From IMG/VR virus record IMGVR_UViG_3300032007_000010: a stretch of 64,000 bases of DNA; one strand, given 5' to 3'. The first letter of the stretch is position 1, and every line of letters starts with the position of its first letter. Source of the DNA: a virus (lineage: Duplodnaviria; Caudoviricetes). Positions 38,637 through 48,359 of the stretch are shown here, one piece after another. A model generated the notes under the pieces. That model ran no database searches. It worked only from the letters and a program-made list of their open reading frames with translations, and was not told the DNA's origin. The position numbers and the translations under genes were made by a program.

Positions 38637-40445
38637 ATGCTTGGCGAAATCAATAAAGCATTCAACTCCGCTAAGAACAATGACAAGGAACGTCGGTTCA
38701 TGCTCGAATCGGTGCTCGACGATGACGAACTCATCGGCGGCGACGATGACATGGAGGATGTGGTGGATGCGGACAGCATCCCCGATGACGTCTACAAACG
38801 CGTCGATGCGGCCCTCGACAAGATGATCGGCGACGGCATCGATGACACTGAAGTTGAGGAAATGGTGGATGACGACATGAGTGACATCAACAGCGAAGAC
38901 ATCGACCTCGTGATCACCGAGGCGGTCGGCCAGGCCGACAAGAAATTCTGGTACGATGACGAGAACATCGGCCATCCGGATCAGGATCGCGCCGACGGCG
39001 TGAAGCAGCAGCCTCTCTTCGATCCCTCGAAGAAGCTGAACGAGAATACCCTGGCGGGAAAGCAGTACAAGAGCGTCATGGATGAGGCCGTCGAAAAGGT
39101 GGCCATGGCCATGGGCAACGCCATCTCCGAGGCCGTCAGCGTCGGCATCAAGACCGGCATGCAGAGCATCAACGAGGCCGAGGCGAAGGAGACGAAGATC
39201 TCCGACAAGGAAGCTTCTCCGGACGGTCACGAGGCCAAGGAAGAGCCCTCCGGCGCCAAGGGTGACGACAAGGTCGAGATCGGCGACCAGGGCGAAAAGG
39301 CCACGGATGTCCCCGAGGGTGAGGAGACCCTGGGACACTGCGCCGAATCCAAGAAGGATATGAAGGTGCTCGAGTCCGAGGAGATGGGCCCCGCCAACGA
39401 TTCCACCGACAAGAAGGTCGAAGCTTCGGGCAAGGAGCTCCCCGATCCCATCGATGAGAAGGAGAAGGGCTCGGACTCCGATGTCAAGGAAGCCACCGTC
39501 GACAACTCCGGCAAGGAGCTCGAGAACAAGGAGTGCGGCCCTAACACCTGGACCGACGATGACAAGAAGGCCAAGCCTGAGAACCAGACCCCCGAGGTCG
39601 AGGTTGCTCCTGAGAATAAGGATGCTGCTAGTCAGCTGAGCGAAGGTGTCGAGCCTGTCATGTTCACCTTCGGTCATTCCAACGTGGCCTTCGGTGATCC
39701 CATCTTCGAGTCTGCGCTCGATATGATGATTGCCGAAAATGAGGCAAACATCGTTGATGAAGGATACAACACTGAGCAGCATCAGAAAGTCTCCGCTGCG
39801 CTCAAGGAAGCCAATGCTGCGGCCAAAGAGGCACGCAAGGCCGCAAAGGCAAAGGATTTCGATACGGCGAAGGCAAAGATCGGCGACGCGATCAAGAATC
39901 TTGAGCAGTTCAAGTCCGACTTCACCGATTGGAGCAAAGAGCAAGATGTCAGCGATGCCATCATCGGAAATCTGATCTATGAGCTCAGGAATTTCCTCAT
40001 GATCATGATCTCCGCCTTCACCGGCCTCAGTCTTGTGTATGACATCACCAGAATCGTTGTGCACTTCAAGGAGCTCGTCGATTCCGTCTCTGCTCTGATC
40101 AACATCATCAAGAAAGACAAAAATGGTGAAGAGATCAGCATGGCAGACTTCAATCTCTGCACTCGTGAGTATACCAAGACGCTCGACAGCACCATTGCGA
40201 ACCTCAAGGAGATCGAGAAGGTCATCTCCAAGAAGGCTGACAAGGCTGCGGCAAAGGCAGAGAAGAAAGAAGAGGTTGACGAGTCGGCCACTAACCAGCT
40301 GAGCGAAGCTGCCGAAGACATGGATGAGGACGAGAGTCTTCCCGGCATCGATGATGAACTCTACGAAAACGTTGCGGTCATCTCCAACTATCGTGTGGCC
40401 GAGACCATCGATGCTCCTGAGACCGAAAACCAGGTCAGCGAGTAA
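38637..40445 (+). CDS. Acidic head/inner-body-type protein with many xxE sites
   Basis: ITEA, LNEN, MDEA, ISEA, INEA, LSEG, VDEG, LSEA. Confidence 0.6.
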   Translation: MLGEINKAFNSAKNNDKERRFMLESVLDDDELIGGDDDMEDVVDADSIPDDVYKRVDAALDKMIGDGIDDTEVEEMVDDDMSDINSEDIDLVITEAVGQADKKFWYDDENIGHPDQDRADGVKQQPLFDPSKKLNENTLAGKQYKSVMDEAVEKVAMAMGNAISEAVSVGIKTGMQSINEAEAKETKISDKEASPDGHEAKEEPSGAKGDDKVEIGDQGEKATDVPEGEETLGHCAESKKDMKVLESEEMGPANDSTDKKVEASGKELPDPIDEKEKGSDSDVKEATVDNSGKELENKECGPNTWTDDDKKAKPENQTPEVEVAPENKDAASQLSEGVEPVMFTFGHSNVAFGDPIFESALDMMIAENEANIVDEGYNTEQHQKVSAALKEANAAAKEARKAAKAKDFDTAKAKIGDAIKNLEQFKSDFTDWSKEQDVSDAIIGNLIYELRNFLMIMISAFTGLSLVYDITRIVVHFKELVDSVSALINIIKKDKNGEEISMADFNLCTREYTKTLDSTIANLKEIEKVISKKADKAAAKAEKKEEVDESATNQLSEAAEDMDEDESLPGIDDELYENVAVISNYRVAETIDAPETENQVSE

Positions 40446-40470
40446 TATGTGAAGGGAGAGTGTCCGTAAA

Positions 40471-41241
40471 ATGACTTACACTCTCACCGATCTCGAAGCC
40501 ATCGCCAGAGGCTGGGACCCCATCCTGGTGGAAACCTTCGGAGGCGAAGATCTCCTCGGTGAATGTCTGGATGAGGGTGCTCTTGATCCGAGAATTCAGA
40601 AATGGAAACTGAAATTCAATGATCGCACGAAGAGTGCCAAGAAACATCTCAACACCGCACGAAAACTCATTCGAAAGAACGAGTCCAGAGAAGCTATCCA
40701 ACGTGCGAAGGGTGAGGCAAAGGAGGCTATCTTCGACATCAAAGAGCTCAGGAAGATTGCCGAAGAGATTCCGGACGATAATGTCTTTGTCGAAATCGGG
40801 ATCCGCACCATCAAGAGCATCGCCTGGACATTGGCGACGACCCTCGCCGCATCCTGGATCATTGCTCCGGTCTTCAAAACAGCCTGGGAGACTGTCAAGA
40901 ACACCAAGAAGGTGGTCGAAGCTCTCAAGGTCATCAAGGATGGAGCTGGTCAGATCTTCTCCGGTCTATGTGCAGCGATCGCCATAAACATCGCTAAGTT
41001 CATCACATCCTCGCAGGGCAGCGACCTCGATGGCGTTGACCTCACAAAGGGTGATGCGGTGAGAAAGGCGAAGGAAGCCTCCGAAGGGCAAAACTACGAT
41101 CCCGACGAATGGTATAAGCTCGGACTCACACGAGCCGAGGTGCTTGCCCAGTATGATCGTATGCTCAAGGTGGCAGAGAAGCTCATTGACAACTGCGAAA
41201 CATTGGATCGTGAGTGGCAGAGAGATCCTGATAGAAAGTAA
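40471..41241 (+). CDS. Probable head protein related to C-terminal part of previous ORF
   Basis: CLDEG propeptide-like start, then basic helix and hydrophobic stretch as in the 38637 ORF. Confidence 0.55.
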   Translation: MTYTLTDLEAIARGWDPILVETFGGEDLLGECLDEGALDPRIQKWKLKFNDRTKSAKKHLNTARKLIRKNESREAIQRAKGEAKEAIFDIKELRKIAEEIPDDNVFVEIGIRTIKSIAWTLATTLAASWIIAPVFKTAWETVKNTKKVVEALKVIKDGAGQIFSGLCAAIAINIAKFITSSQGSDLDGVDLTKGDAVRKAKEASEGQNYDPDEWYKLGLTRAEVLAQYDRMLKVAEKLIDNCETLDREWQRDPDRK

Positions 41242-41316
41242 ACCACGCTTGGGATACCGGGATCGTCGAGGTTCCGGTATCCCATTAAAAATTCATAACA
41301 CCAGGAGGTAATAAAA

Positions 41317-42255
41317 ATGGTACAGAGCAAGTATATCCTGATCCCGACCTATGCACCTCTCTACAGCATGCGGGAATGCTTCGGTCCCATCCAGGGCCCG
41401 CTCACCAAACCAACGCCGGCGCCGATTGCGGTCATCGGCAAACTGCTGCTTCAATCCGGCAAAGAAAAGCTCGAGATCTACGAGGTGGTTCGCCGGGATG
41501 CCAAGACCTGGAAAGATCCAGTTCGTCTGACCCTCGAAAACTATAAGCTTCCCTACGAACAGATCGCCGGGATCGAATCGAATTCTGTCCCCGCAGGAAC
41601 CACCACCGGCTCCGAGCCCACACAGCCAACCTCCGTCGCACCGACGGTGGTCAAGAAGGATCCGAAGAAGATTCCCGAAGACTTCACATCGATTCTCCCT
41701 GGACAGATCGATCCGCTCGCGGAGCTCAACAATGTTGATCCCAACGATCTCAAGATCCAGACCAACGCCGAGCTGGCCAAGAAGATTGAGGAAGAGGAAA
41801 ATTCCGATCTCGTCGTCGGTCATCTTGATCCCGAGCAGTTTGACGACATGAGCAAAGAGAATCTCGACAAACTTGCCACCGACATGGGCATCAAGGGCGC
41901 CGAGCAGAAGAGCGCCGAAGAGCTTGCGCAGGAGATCTCCGAAATTCCGGTGCAGGTCTCTGCCACAGACGAGGTTAATCCCGTCAAAACCGTAGAGCAT
42001 GACGTTGTGCTCCCCGAGAATGCGGTGATTGCCAGCGGTGAGGCCATCAGCACGACCTTTGATGCCGACGGTACGATGGTGAGCGAGGCTCCGGCTCCCT
42101 CCGAAGAGCCGGTGGAGCGGGCAAATGATAGCATCGCCGATGAAATCGGTGATAAGCGTACCATGACGAAGTCCGAACGCAAACGCGCTGCCCGCGAAGC
42201 CCGTGAGCGCGAAGCTGCTCTCGCAGCACAGAATGCCGCCCAGAACAACAACTAA
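41317..42255 (+). CDS. Hypothetical protein
   Basis: 312 aa, AGGAGG RBS. Confidence 0.8.
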   Translation: MVQSKYILIPTYAPLYSMRECFGPIQGPLTKPTPAPIAVIGKLLLQSGKEKLEIYEVVRRDAKTWKDPVRLTLENYKLPYEQIAGIESNSVPAGTTTGSEPTQPTSVAPTVVKKDPKKIPEDFTSILPGQIDPLAELNNVDPNDLKIQTNAELAKKIEEEENSDLVVGHLDPEQFDDMSKENLDKLATDMGIKGAEQKSAEELAQEISEIPVQVSATDEVNPVKTVEHDVVLPENAVIASGEAISTTFDADGTMVSEAPAPSEEPVERANDSIADEIGDKRTMTKSERKRAAREAREREAALAAQNAAQNNN

Positions 42256-42279
42256 CTGTAACGGAGGAGGCGGTTCTGG

Positions 42280-42498
42280 ATGTCACAGCCCAGCAACCGT
42301 GGCACAAAGCCCGAGCGCATGAAACCAAATGATCCCCATAGGCCAAAGATTGTGAAGAGGAACTATCATGTTACCGAGATCACGGCCTATAATATTCGAC
42401 GTCTTGCGATGGAGAATAGCACATCGGAGGGTCGCATCATCGACAAATTGGTGCGCAACTACCTGGCCGATCGTGAGATTTCTCGACCTGGACATTAG
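42280..42498 (+). CDS. Small ribbon-helix-helix-like DNA-binding protein
   Basis: KRNYHV strand + TAYNIRRLA helix + SEGRIIDKLVRNYL helix; GGAGG RBS. Confidence 0.5.
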   Translation: MSQPSNRGTKPERMKPNDPHRPKIVKRNYHVTEITAYNIRRLAMENSTSEGRIIDKLVRNYLADREISRPGH

Positions 42499-42562
42499 TA
42501 TAAACAGGCAGTGTTATAATCCAGTCATCATAAAACATCGAACAAAGTGGGGTGAAATAACA

Positions 42563-43081
42563 ATGGATTTCAAACTGATTCTTGTTCCGGAAACTCCGGA
42601 TAAGTATCTGTTGAAGTATGAGAAACCGCTCTCCGGTCTCGATTTCATCAGCCAGGCCGGTGCCTGTCTGCGTCGCAACCTCGATACCAAAACGAGAATG
42701 CGTCATGTGACCCTCGGCACCATCGCCCAGTACACCATCTCGGTGCCCCAGGCCATCGCCATCGATTCGACCAAGTTCCAGTCCACCGACACCGTGTATC
42801 TCCCCTGCGAGGAGAACGTGCTTGCGAAGTATATCTTCTATGGTGCGGCGGTCGGCAAGACCGGTACCATGCGTGCGGTGTATCCATACTACACGGATGA
42901 GGTGGTGCTCACCTCCTACGTCGACGAACTGGCGATTCTGGACGTGTGGCGTACACGCAACTATCCCGACAAGTTCACCATCAACCTCGACAGTGCCTAC
43001 ATCCCCCTCGTGGATGATCCTGATGCCGACATTCAGGATGCTTCGATCGGCGATCTGGCTCTGGACGACCTGCTGCGGTGA
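42563..43081 (+). CDS. Hypothetical protein
   Basis: Start MDFKLIL after GGGGTG. Confidence 0.75.
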   Translation: MDFKLILVPETPDKYLLKYEKPLSGLDFISQAGACLRRNLDTKTRMRHVTLGTIAQYTISVPQAIAIDSTKFQSTDTVYLPCEENVLAKYIFYGAAVGKTGTMRAVYPYYTDEVVLTSYVDELAILDVWRTRNYPDKFTINLDSAYIPLVDDPDADIQDASIGDLALDDLLR

Positions 43082-43197
43082 TACGAGGACAAGGACTCGC
43101 ATGAGAATCAATCAATGCCAAATCTCAGACAAAAAACTCCAGGGGAAGCCAATAGAGCCTCCCCTGGAGCATTTCTGCATCATATCGGCAAATGATC

Positions 43198-43208
43198 TAT
43201 ATATTATA
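43198..43208 (+). promoter_or_regulatory. Putative early/middle promoter
   Basis: TATATATTATA right after hairpin 43137-43169. Confidence 0.6.
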
Positions 43209-43254
43209 GCCATGCTGGCTCGATGAATTTTGATCACGAAAGGAGGGAAAATCG

Positions 43255-43719
43255 ATGGCATCAAAGGCTCCACCAAACGAAACTGCCCCGGACGAGGAAT
43301 GCGCGCACGAACAGCCAGAATACGACGGTCGATCCAATCGTTCCAACATCTGCATGGATTGCGAAAAGGCATGTGGAGGCGCGGGTGATCGTGGATGCGA
43401 ATGGTCACGGAGCTTTGCCGCGGTGCCTGGATGGGACGCGGAGCTCGTCTATCTCAAGCAGTCACCTGGCAACTTTGTGCTAACATATCATATCCGTTCT
43501 TGTCCAAAGTTTGTGGAAACCCCGGAACGTCCGAATAGCAAAACCGGACTTCTCAGCGAAGCCGAATCTTACGAATTCCTAAAGGATCCGATCGGATATC
43601 TGCACCGTCACGATCACGGTGTGAATTTCCAGGAACTGGCAAAAATATACGGAGTCAACAATGAATCGATACCCACAAAGAAAACAGCAAAGAAAGGACA
43701 GAAACGCTATGTCTACTAA
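43255..43719 (+). CDS. Cys-rich hypothetical protein
   Basis: CMDCEKAC...CEW...VPGWDA...SCPKF; AGGAGG RBS. Confidence 0.75.
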   Translation: MASKAPPNETAPDEECAHEQPEYDGRSNRSNICMDCEKACGGAGDRGCEWSRSFAAVPGWDAELVYLKQSPGNFVLTYHIRSCPKFVETPERPNSKTGLLSEAESYEFLKDPIGYLHRHDHGVNFQELAKIYGVNNESIPTKKTAKKGQKRYVY

Positions 43720-45166
43720 TGGCATCACAACCATCACCGAACATTGCACCCACGAAGATGCTGTTATCGTGGAGGATCTGAGCCATATCGGAGAGATACT
43801 TCGCAATCTCCTCGACAATCGCAACATCCACGACAATCACCGTCCATATCTCATTCATCTGAGCCACAGCGACCTCGATGGCATCGGGGCACTCTCGCTG
43901 AGCTATTATATGCAATGGTACATCAATCGATCCCATGGTCGTTGGCCAAACGATATCACACCACGCATCGAGCGACCTCTCATGGAGTGGCACTGGACTA
44001 ACAAGCTCGGGGCGGACTTTTCGAGGGAACTTCATCACATGGCAGAGCACGTCAACCATGTGTTGCTCGCGGAGTTTTCGCGAGCAACATGCGACCAGAG
44101 CATCGGAGAAGCTCACATAATACCCATCACCGTACTCATCACGGACATCGGTTCCATCACACCGGATCTTCTCCGCAACGAGTTCGTCGCTCTCCTGAGA
44201 TCTCCGCGGGCTCCGCAGGTGTCCTTTGATATCGATATCATCGTGCTCGATCATCACCAGAATAGCATCCTCGACGGTCATGATTCGGTGAGTCTCAACG
44301 TGAGCTATGCAAATCTGCCGGGCAAAGGAAACATCACTGCCTCCGCCAGATTTGTCATCCAAACCGGTGATAATCATTGTGGTACCAGCATTCTCTGGAG
44401 GGCTCTCGACAATCACGACGATGCAGAATTGAATGTGCTTCGAAACACCGTCGAAGAGATCACTCGCTGGGACACCGGACGCGGCGGAAACTGGTACATT
44501 CCTGCGGAGATGCGCCATGATCGGAATTACCATGACAACGAAGTTTCCGAGGCAGTGAAGCTCAACCAATGGTGGCATCTCCATGAGCGCACGTGTGATG
44601 ATAACGAGCTCGCACTGCACACCTTCATGCGAGAATTGGCCGCGCGCTATGCGAGCGATCTCTACAACAACATCGCAAGTGTCCCGACATCGGTTCTCTA
44701 CGGAAACCACATGGACGCAATATGGCGTGATACCGTGGAAATGAACAATCGTTTCGATCAGTACCATGATAAAATTCGCACGGTGGACAGATTCATCAAT
44801 CGCGCGTTGGGTGTTAATGTTCAAGGTGTGCAACGGGATCTGGATATTCCGGACAGTCTGTGGAGAGCCGCCTGCGACTATCTGCATGCTGGAACGCCCC
44901 GTGTTGGTGTGTATCTGTATGCCAACAAAAATGATCCCTACCCGAGTTATACAAACTATTCACGATATATCTTCACGACCGAACCGACCAGATGGGCCTG
45001 GCTCATGATCATCGATACCACACTCGACGATGGACGGGTTCGTTTTGATCTGCGTTCTGGAGATCCGTCCGTGAACATGGCCGCCTGGGCCAAGAAATTT
45101 GGAGGCGGTGGGCATCCCTGCGCAGCAGGATTCACCATCAACTTCAACGAAACCGACAGAATCTAG
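43709..45166 (+). CDS. DHH/DHHA1 family phosphoesterase
   Basis: SHSDLDG, ITD, VLDHH, DLRS, FGGGGHPCAAG. Confidence 0.88.
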   Translation: MSTNGITTITEHCTHEDAVIVEDLSHIGEILRNLLDNRNIHDNHRPYLIHLSHSDLDGIGALSLSYYMQWYINRSHGRWPNDITPRIERPLMEWHWTNKLGADFSRELHHMAEHVNHVLLAEFSRATCDQSIGEAHIIPITVLITDIGSITPDLLRNEFVALLRSPRAPQVSFDIDIIVLDHHQNSILDGHDSVSLNVSYANLPGKGNITASARFVIQTGDNHCGTSILWRALDNHDDAELNVLRNTVEEITRWDTGRGGNWYIPAEMRHDRNYHDNEVSEAVKLNQWWHLHERTCDDNELALHTFMRELAARYASDLYNNIASVPTSVLYGNHMDAIWRDTVEMNNRFDQYHDKIRTVDRFINRALGVNVQGVQRDLDIPDSLWRAACDYLHAGTPRVGVYLYANKNDPYPSYTNYSRYIFTTEPTRWAWLMIIDTTLDDGRVRFDLRSGDPSVNMAAWAKKFGGGGHPCAAGFTINFNETDRI

Positions 45167-45493
45167 CATCGGCACCTCGTTCTTTGGGAGGTTTCGGACG
45201 AGGAGTAAGACCAAACTAAGTCAATGTCATGGTATAGTTCAGCGCAGTACGATATAGGAATAGTGTAGCGCATTCACATTTCGTTTGTCCGGCATGTGTA
45301 GATACATGTCAACGCAGATCAAAGACTCGTGACCCATGGGTACGGTAGAGGAGTTTTCCGTCGTGCTAGGCATTGGAACTCTCCAGCAGAATTGGCCAAA
45401 GTTCCGGCATGGCTGTTTCACGATACGCTCCATAGCCCTCGCCACCGTCATGGCAGTGCATACCACAGCTACATTATTGCGCGAAGAAAGGAA

Positions 45494-45528
45494 CAGGACC
45501 GGAGAAAATCCGGTCCTGGTTTCTTTTT
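45494..45528 (+). terminator. Intrinsic terminator
   Basis: CAGGACCGGA/TCCGGTCCTG + GTTTCTTTTT. Confidence 0.8.
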
Positions 45529-45531
45529 GTT

Positions 45532-45542
45532 CATATATTATA
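45532..45542 (+). promoter_or_regulatory. Putative early/middle promoter
   Basis: CATATATTATA. Confidence 0.55.
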
Positions 45543-45597
45543 GATTTGATGACAGTCGCGATGTCATCAAATTTTATTCACGAAAGGATCTTTTGTC

Positions 45598-46101
45598 ATG
45601 ACACTCATCCAACTAATTCGCAAGACTCAGGGGCTTCGATTCACCATCGTGAACCATAACACCGGCACGACCATCTCCGAGAATCAGGATGCCGAGAATT
45701 TGATCAACGGCATCAACGCCATCGATGATGCGTGGCTCGACGGAACCGTGGAGCGCATCGGAATCCAGGATGGCATCCTCCTGGTGTCGATCCAGCGCAA
45801 GATGTTCCGCAACTACTATCGCAATGGCCAATCCAAAATGGTCACGCGTAGCTCCGATGTGCACCTCAAGCTACGCAAGCTCTGCCGTGATCTCTTCCTG
45901 CCCGAACAGCGTCTGATCATTGCTGATCCCATTCGGCAGATTGGCTATGATGAGGTGGACACTCGCTCGTTGTATCCGTTTCGGGATGCTGATGAGACTT
46001 TGACCTCGTTTCTCGATCGACGCGTGGATCATGTCGAGGCCAGTCGCAAGGGCACGATCCGTGTGCAGCTCCGGGACAATCCCATCGACGAGAAACATTG
46101 A
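45598..46101 (+). CDS. Hypothetical protein
   Basis: 167 aa, AAGGA RBS. Confidence 0.75.
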   Translation: MTLIQLIRKTQGLRFTIVNHNTGTTISENQDAENLINGINAIDDAWLDGTVERIGIQDGILLVSIQRKMFRNYYRNGQSKMVTRSSDVHLKLRKLCRDLFLPEQRLIIADPIRQIGYDEVDTRSLYPFRDADETLTSFLDRRVDHVEASRKGTIRVQLRDNPIDEKH

Positions 46102-46146
46102 TGCAATGTTCGACCATATATCACATTAACAAAGGAGAATACTATC

Positions 46147-47283
46147 ATGTGGAGTAATCTTAGACCCAACAAGGTATACGACAGCCCGGCGATTTATCGG
46201 GCGAACATTCGGTGCAGGTTTACCGAGAAGGCACTGGGAACCTGGCCCGGCGATCCCGACATCTATACATCCTACATAGCCTCCAACGCCCCGGATGCCA
46301 AGACCATGGCCGAGGATATCGCCATCTTCGGTGAGGAACAGGTTCGCGAGAAGGGTATCACGGTGTTTCCCAGCGGTGTTTTCTATCGCGGCGGGGATGG
46401 TGTCTGGTATGATCCGATCTACCAGATCATCCCGCGCAAGGATGGCAAATTGCCCAGCTCCAAGGTCGTCGAACAGATCCAGAAGGAGCTCATCGCCGCG
46501 GACGCCCGCGCCGAGGAACAGGGCAAGGATAAGCTCAAGCACGGACCCGTGGTCATCGGCGACTGCATCGATGCCTATAGCGGTTTCTATGCGATCAACC
46601 GCATGGCCAGCGAGGAGGGTCAGCTCATCGATGGTGTCTGGGTGGAAAACTGGCCCTACATCTGTGCATATCAGATCCGCGGTGGTTTCAAGGAGAAAAT
46701 TGCACTGCTGAATCGCGCCGACAAGGGCGCAGCCACCAATGGCAATGTCGAGGAACCTCCCAAGGAAGAAGAGAGTCCGGCCGAAAAATCCAAGAAGACG
46801 AGGAAGGCCAAACCCGAGAAGAAGACCAGCTTTGCGGCTTCGCAGATCACCGCGCACAAGAAGGTTGTTGATACCAACTGGTTCATCGAACAGAAACGCA
46901 TCCCCTTTGATTTGCCAGACACCTTTGTCGATGACAAGGGAATCGTGCGCGCCACATGGGTCGAGAAGATTGTTCCTGCGGACAAGGACAGCGGCACCGA
47001 AGAAAAGGTGATTCATCGTCTCTCAACCTTCACTCGGTCGCTACGTGCCGATACTGCCCAGGGACCGAGAACCTCCATTGCCTGCTCGGAGATTGTTCCG
47101 GCCGGCACCGAGTTCTGGTTCACGGTGATCCTCATGCAGCGCAAGCACAAGAATGCGCTCATCGAAGTCATGGACTCCATGGAACGCTCCGGCATGCTGC
47201 AGTGGAGATCCGGTGGCATGGGAACATTGATCTGGACGCCATGTGATGATCATGGCAATCCCATCGATGAGATGCCCGAGTAA
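46147..47283 (+). CDS. Solo RAMP (Cas7/Csm3-like) protein
   Basis: N-terminal strand RANIRCRFTEKALG, PYICAYQIRGGFKE helix motif, SEIVPAGTEFWFTV, C-terminal Gly-rich loop SGMLQWRSGGMG; no other cas genes in the window. Confidence 0.75.
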   Translation: MWSNLRPNKVYDSPAIYRANIRCRFTEKALGTWPGDPDIYTSYIASNAPDAKTMAEDIAIFGEEQVREKGITVFPSGVFYRGGDGVWYDPIYQIIPRKDGKLPSSKVVEQIQKELIAADARAEEQGKDKLKHGPVVIGDCIDAYSGFYAINRMASEEGQLIDGVWVENWPYICAYQIRGGFKEKIALLNRADKGAATNGNVEEPPKEEESPAEKSKKTRKAKPEKKTSFAASQITAHKKVVDTNWFIEQKRIPFDLPDTFVDDKGIVRATWVEKIVPADKDSGTEEKVIHRLSTFTRSLRADTAQGPRTSIACSEIVPAGTEFWFTVILMQRKHKNALIEVMDSMERSGMLQWRSGGMGTLIWTPCDDHGNPIDEMPE

Positions 47284-47294
47284 ATTTACTCGGG
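47275..47294 (+). other. Perfect 20-bp palindrome over the RAMP stop codon
   Basis: CCCGAGTAAA|TTTACTCGGG. Confidence 0.85.
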
Positions 47295-47310
47295 TGTAGC
47301 TCATAACATT

Positions 47311-47565
47311 CTGGCTTCGGCCAAGGAACCGGAAGAGTCCCGGATTGCTCCGGGATGTTCTTCGAAGGTGGGTAGGCATTCGAGTTTCAAAAGGTTCCGC
47401 TCGATGTGAGACCAAGCAATACAACGGAAGTGTGTAGAACTGCCGTGCTCGGCGATGTCCAGTTACCTGTTGTGGAGCGTTGGCATGGCGAGGAATGGTC
47501 CGACAACATCTCGTCTGGCAACGGTAGATGAGCATAGTAAAGCCCAGAAACGTTGCGACACTGAG
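47311..47565 (+). ncRNA. Candidate guide-like ncRNA made of NG(N)NN pentamers
   Basis: G at position 2 in 23 of 27 consecutive pentamers (47426-47560) and 9 of 11 (47331-47385); bounded by a hairpin and a terminator. Confidence 0.65.
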
Positions 47566-47566
47566 G

Positions 47567-47605
47567 AAAGAAAACACCCCGGGATTCCCGGGGTGTTTCT
47601 TTTTT
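47567..47605. terminator. Bidirectional terminator
   Basis: AAACACCCCGGG/CCCGGGGTGTTT with A- and T-runs; nearly identical to 36718-36756. Confidence 0.85.
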
Positions 47606-48152
47606 ACTTCTTCTCGTTGGCGTCGGCCGCGAGCTGTTCCTTCTTCTCCGAGACCACCGAAGCAGTCTTGGCGTTGCGCTGGAGCTTCGCATAGAGCTTC
47701 TTGGCAAGAATCGAGGCCTTGGCACCGTAGTGGGCCTTCATCTCGGCCATGTTCTCCTTCTTGATGCGCATGCCCATCTTGTACTTGGTGTAGTTCTTGG
47801 AGCCCTGCTTGCGGGCGATCTTCAGCGTGATGATCGAGGTCAGGCGATTGATCTGCGCCTGCTTGTTCATATGCACCACGTTGAGCTTCGGATTGATATG
47901 AGGCACCGTCGCCTCATCGATGAGACCCTGACCCACGAAGTAGTCCTGCACCTTGAGGAACGCATCCTTGGTCGCCTCGTCGAGGTTCGCAAAGGATTCG
48001 TCCATGATCTGCGCCTGCAGAATGATGGGCAGACAGTCCGCCATGCATTCGGACATGAACTTCGGATCGTTTTCGAACTCACTCACATCGACTTCGGCTG
48101 CCTCATCGATTTTACCCGAAAAGGCCTTGAGAGCTTTGAGCACATCACCCAT
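47604..48152 (-). CDS. Probable virion protein (acidic propeptide-like N-half, basic C-half)
   Basis: Start MGDVLK after AAGGAGG; IDEA, MDES, LDEA, IDEA sites; late promoter 48268-48280. Confidence 0.65.
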   Translation of the reverse strand: MGDVLKALKAFSGKIDEAAEVDVSEFENDPKFMSECMADCLPIILQAQIMDESFANLDEATKDAFLKVQDYFVGQGLIDEATVPHINPKLNVVHMNKQAQINRLTSIITLKIARKQGSKNYTKYKMGMRIKKENMAEMKAHYGAKASILAKKLYAKLQRNAKTASVVSEKKEQLAADANEKK

Positions 48153-48267
48153 GGTAAAAACTTCCTCCTTCCCCTGGGGATTTTGACAGATTAGACTGAA
48201 ATGTTTGCGCAAACATTTAAGCATCCCATCTCCCGCCGCACGGGTGTCCGGTCCGTGCGGTAAATGC

Positions 48268-48280
48268 TTATATTCATGTT
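48268..48280 (-). promoter_or_regulatory. Putative late promoter
   Basis: AACATGAATATAA. Confidence 0.55.
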
Positions 48281-48359
48281 TCATCCTTTCATTCGATATC
48301 GATATGGCTACAATATTATAATAGTATGAATCATATAATCATCGGTGGAGGAAACCACA

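Noticed and set aside
47295-47565. CRISPR array next to the Cas7-like gene
   Set aside because: No 25-40 nt direct repeats with spacers here or elsewhere in the window; only 5-nt periodicity.
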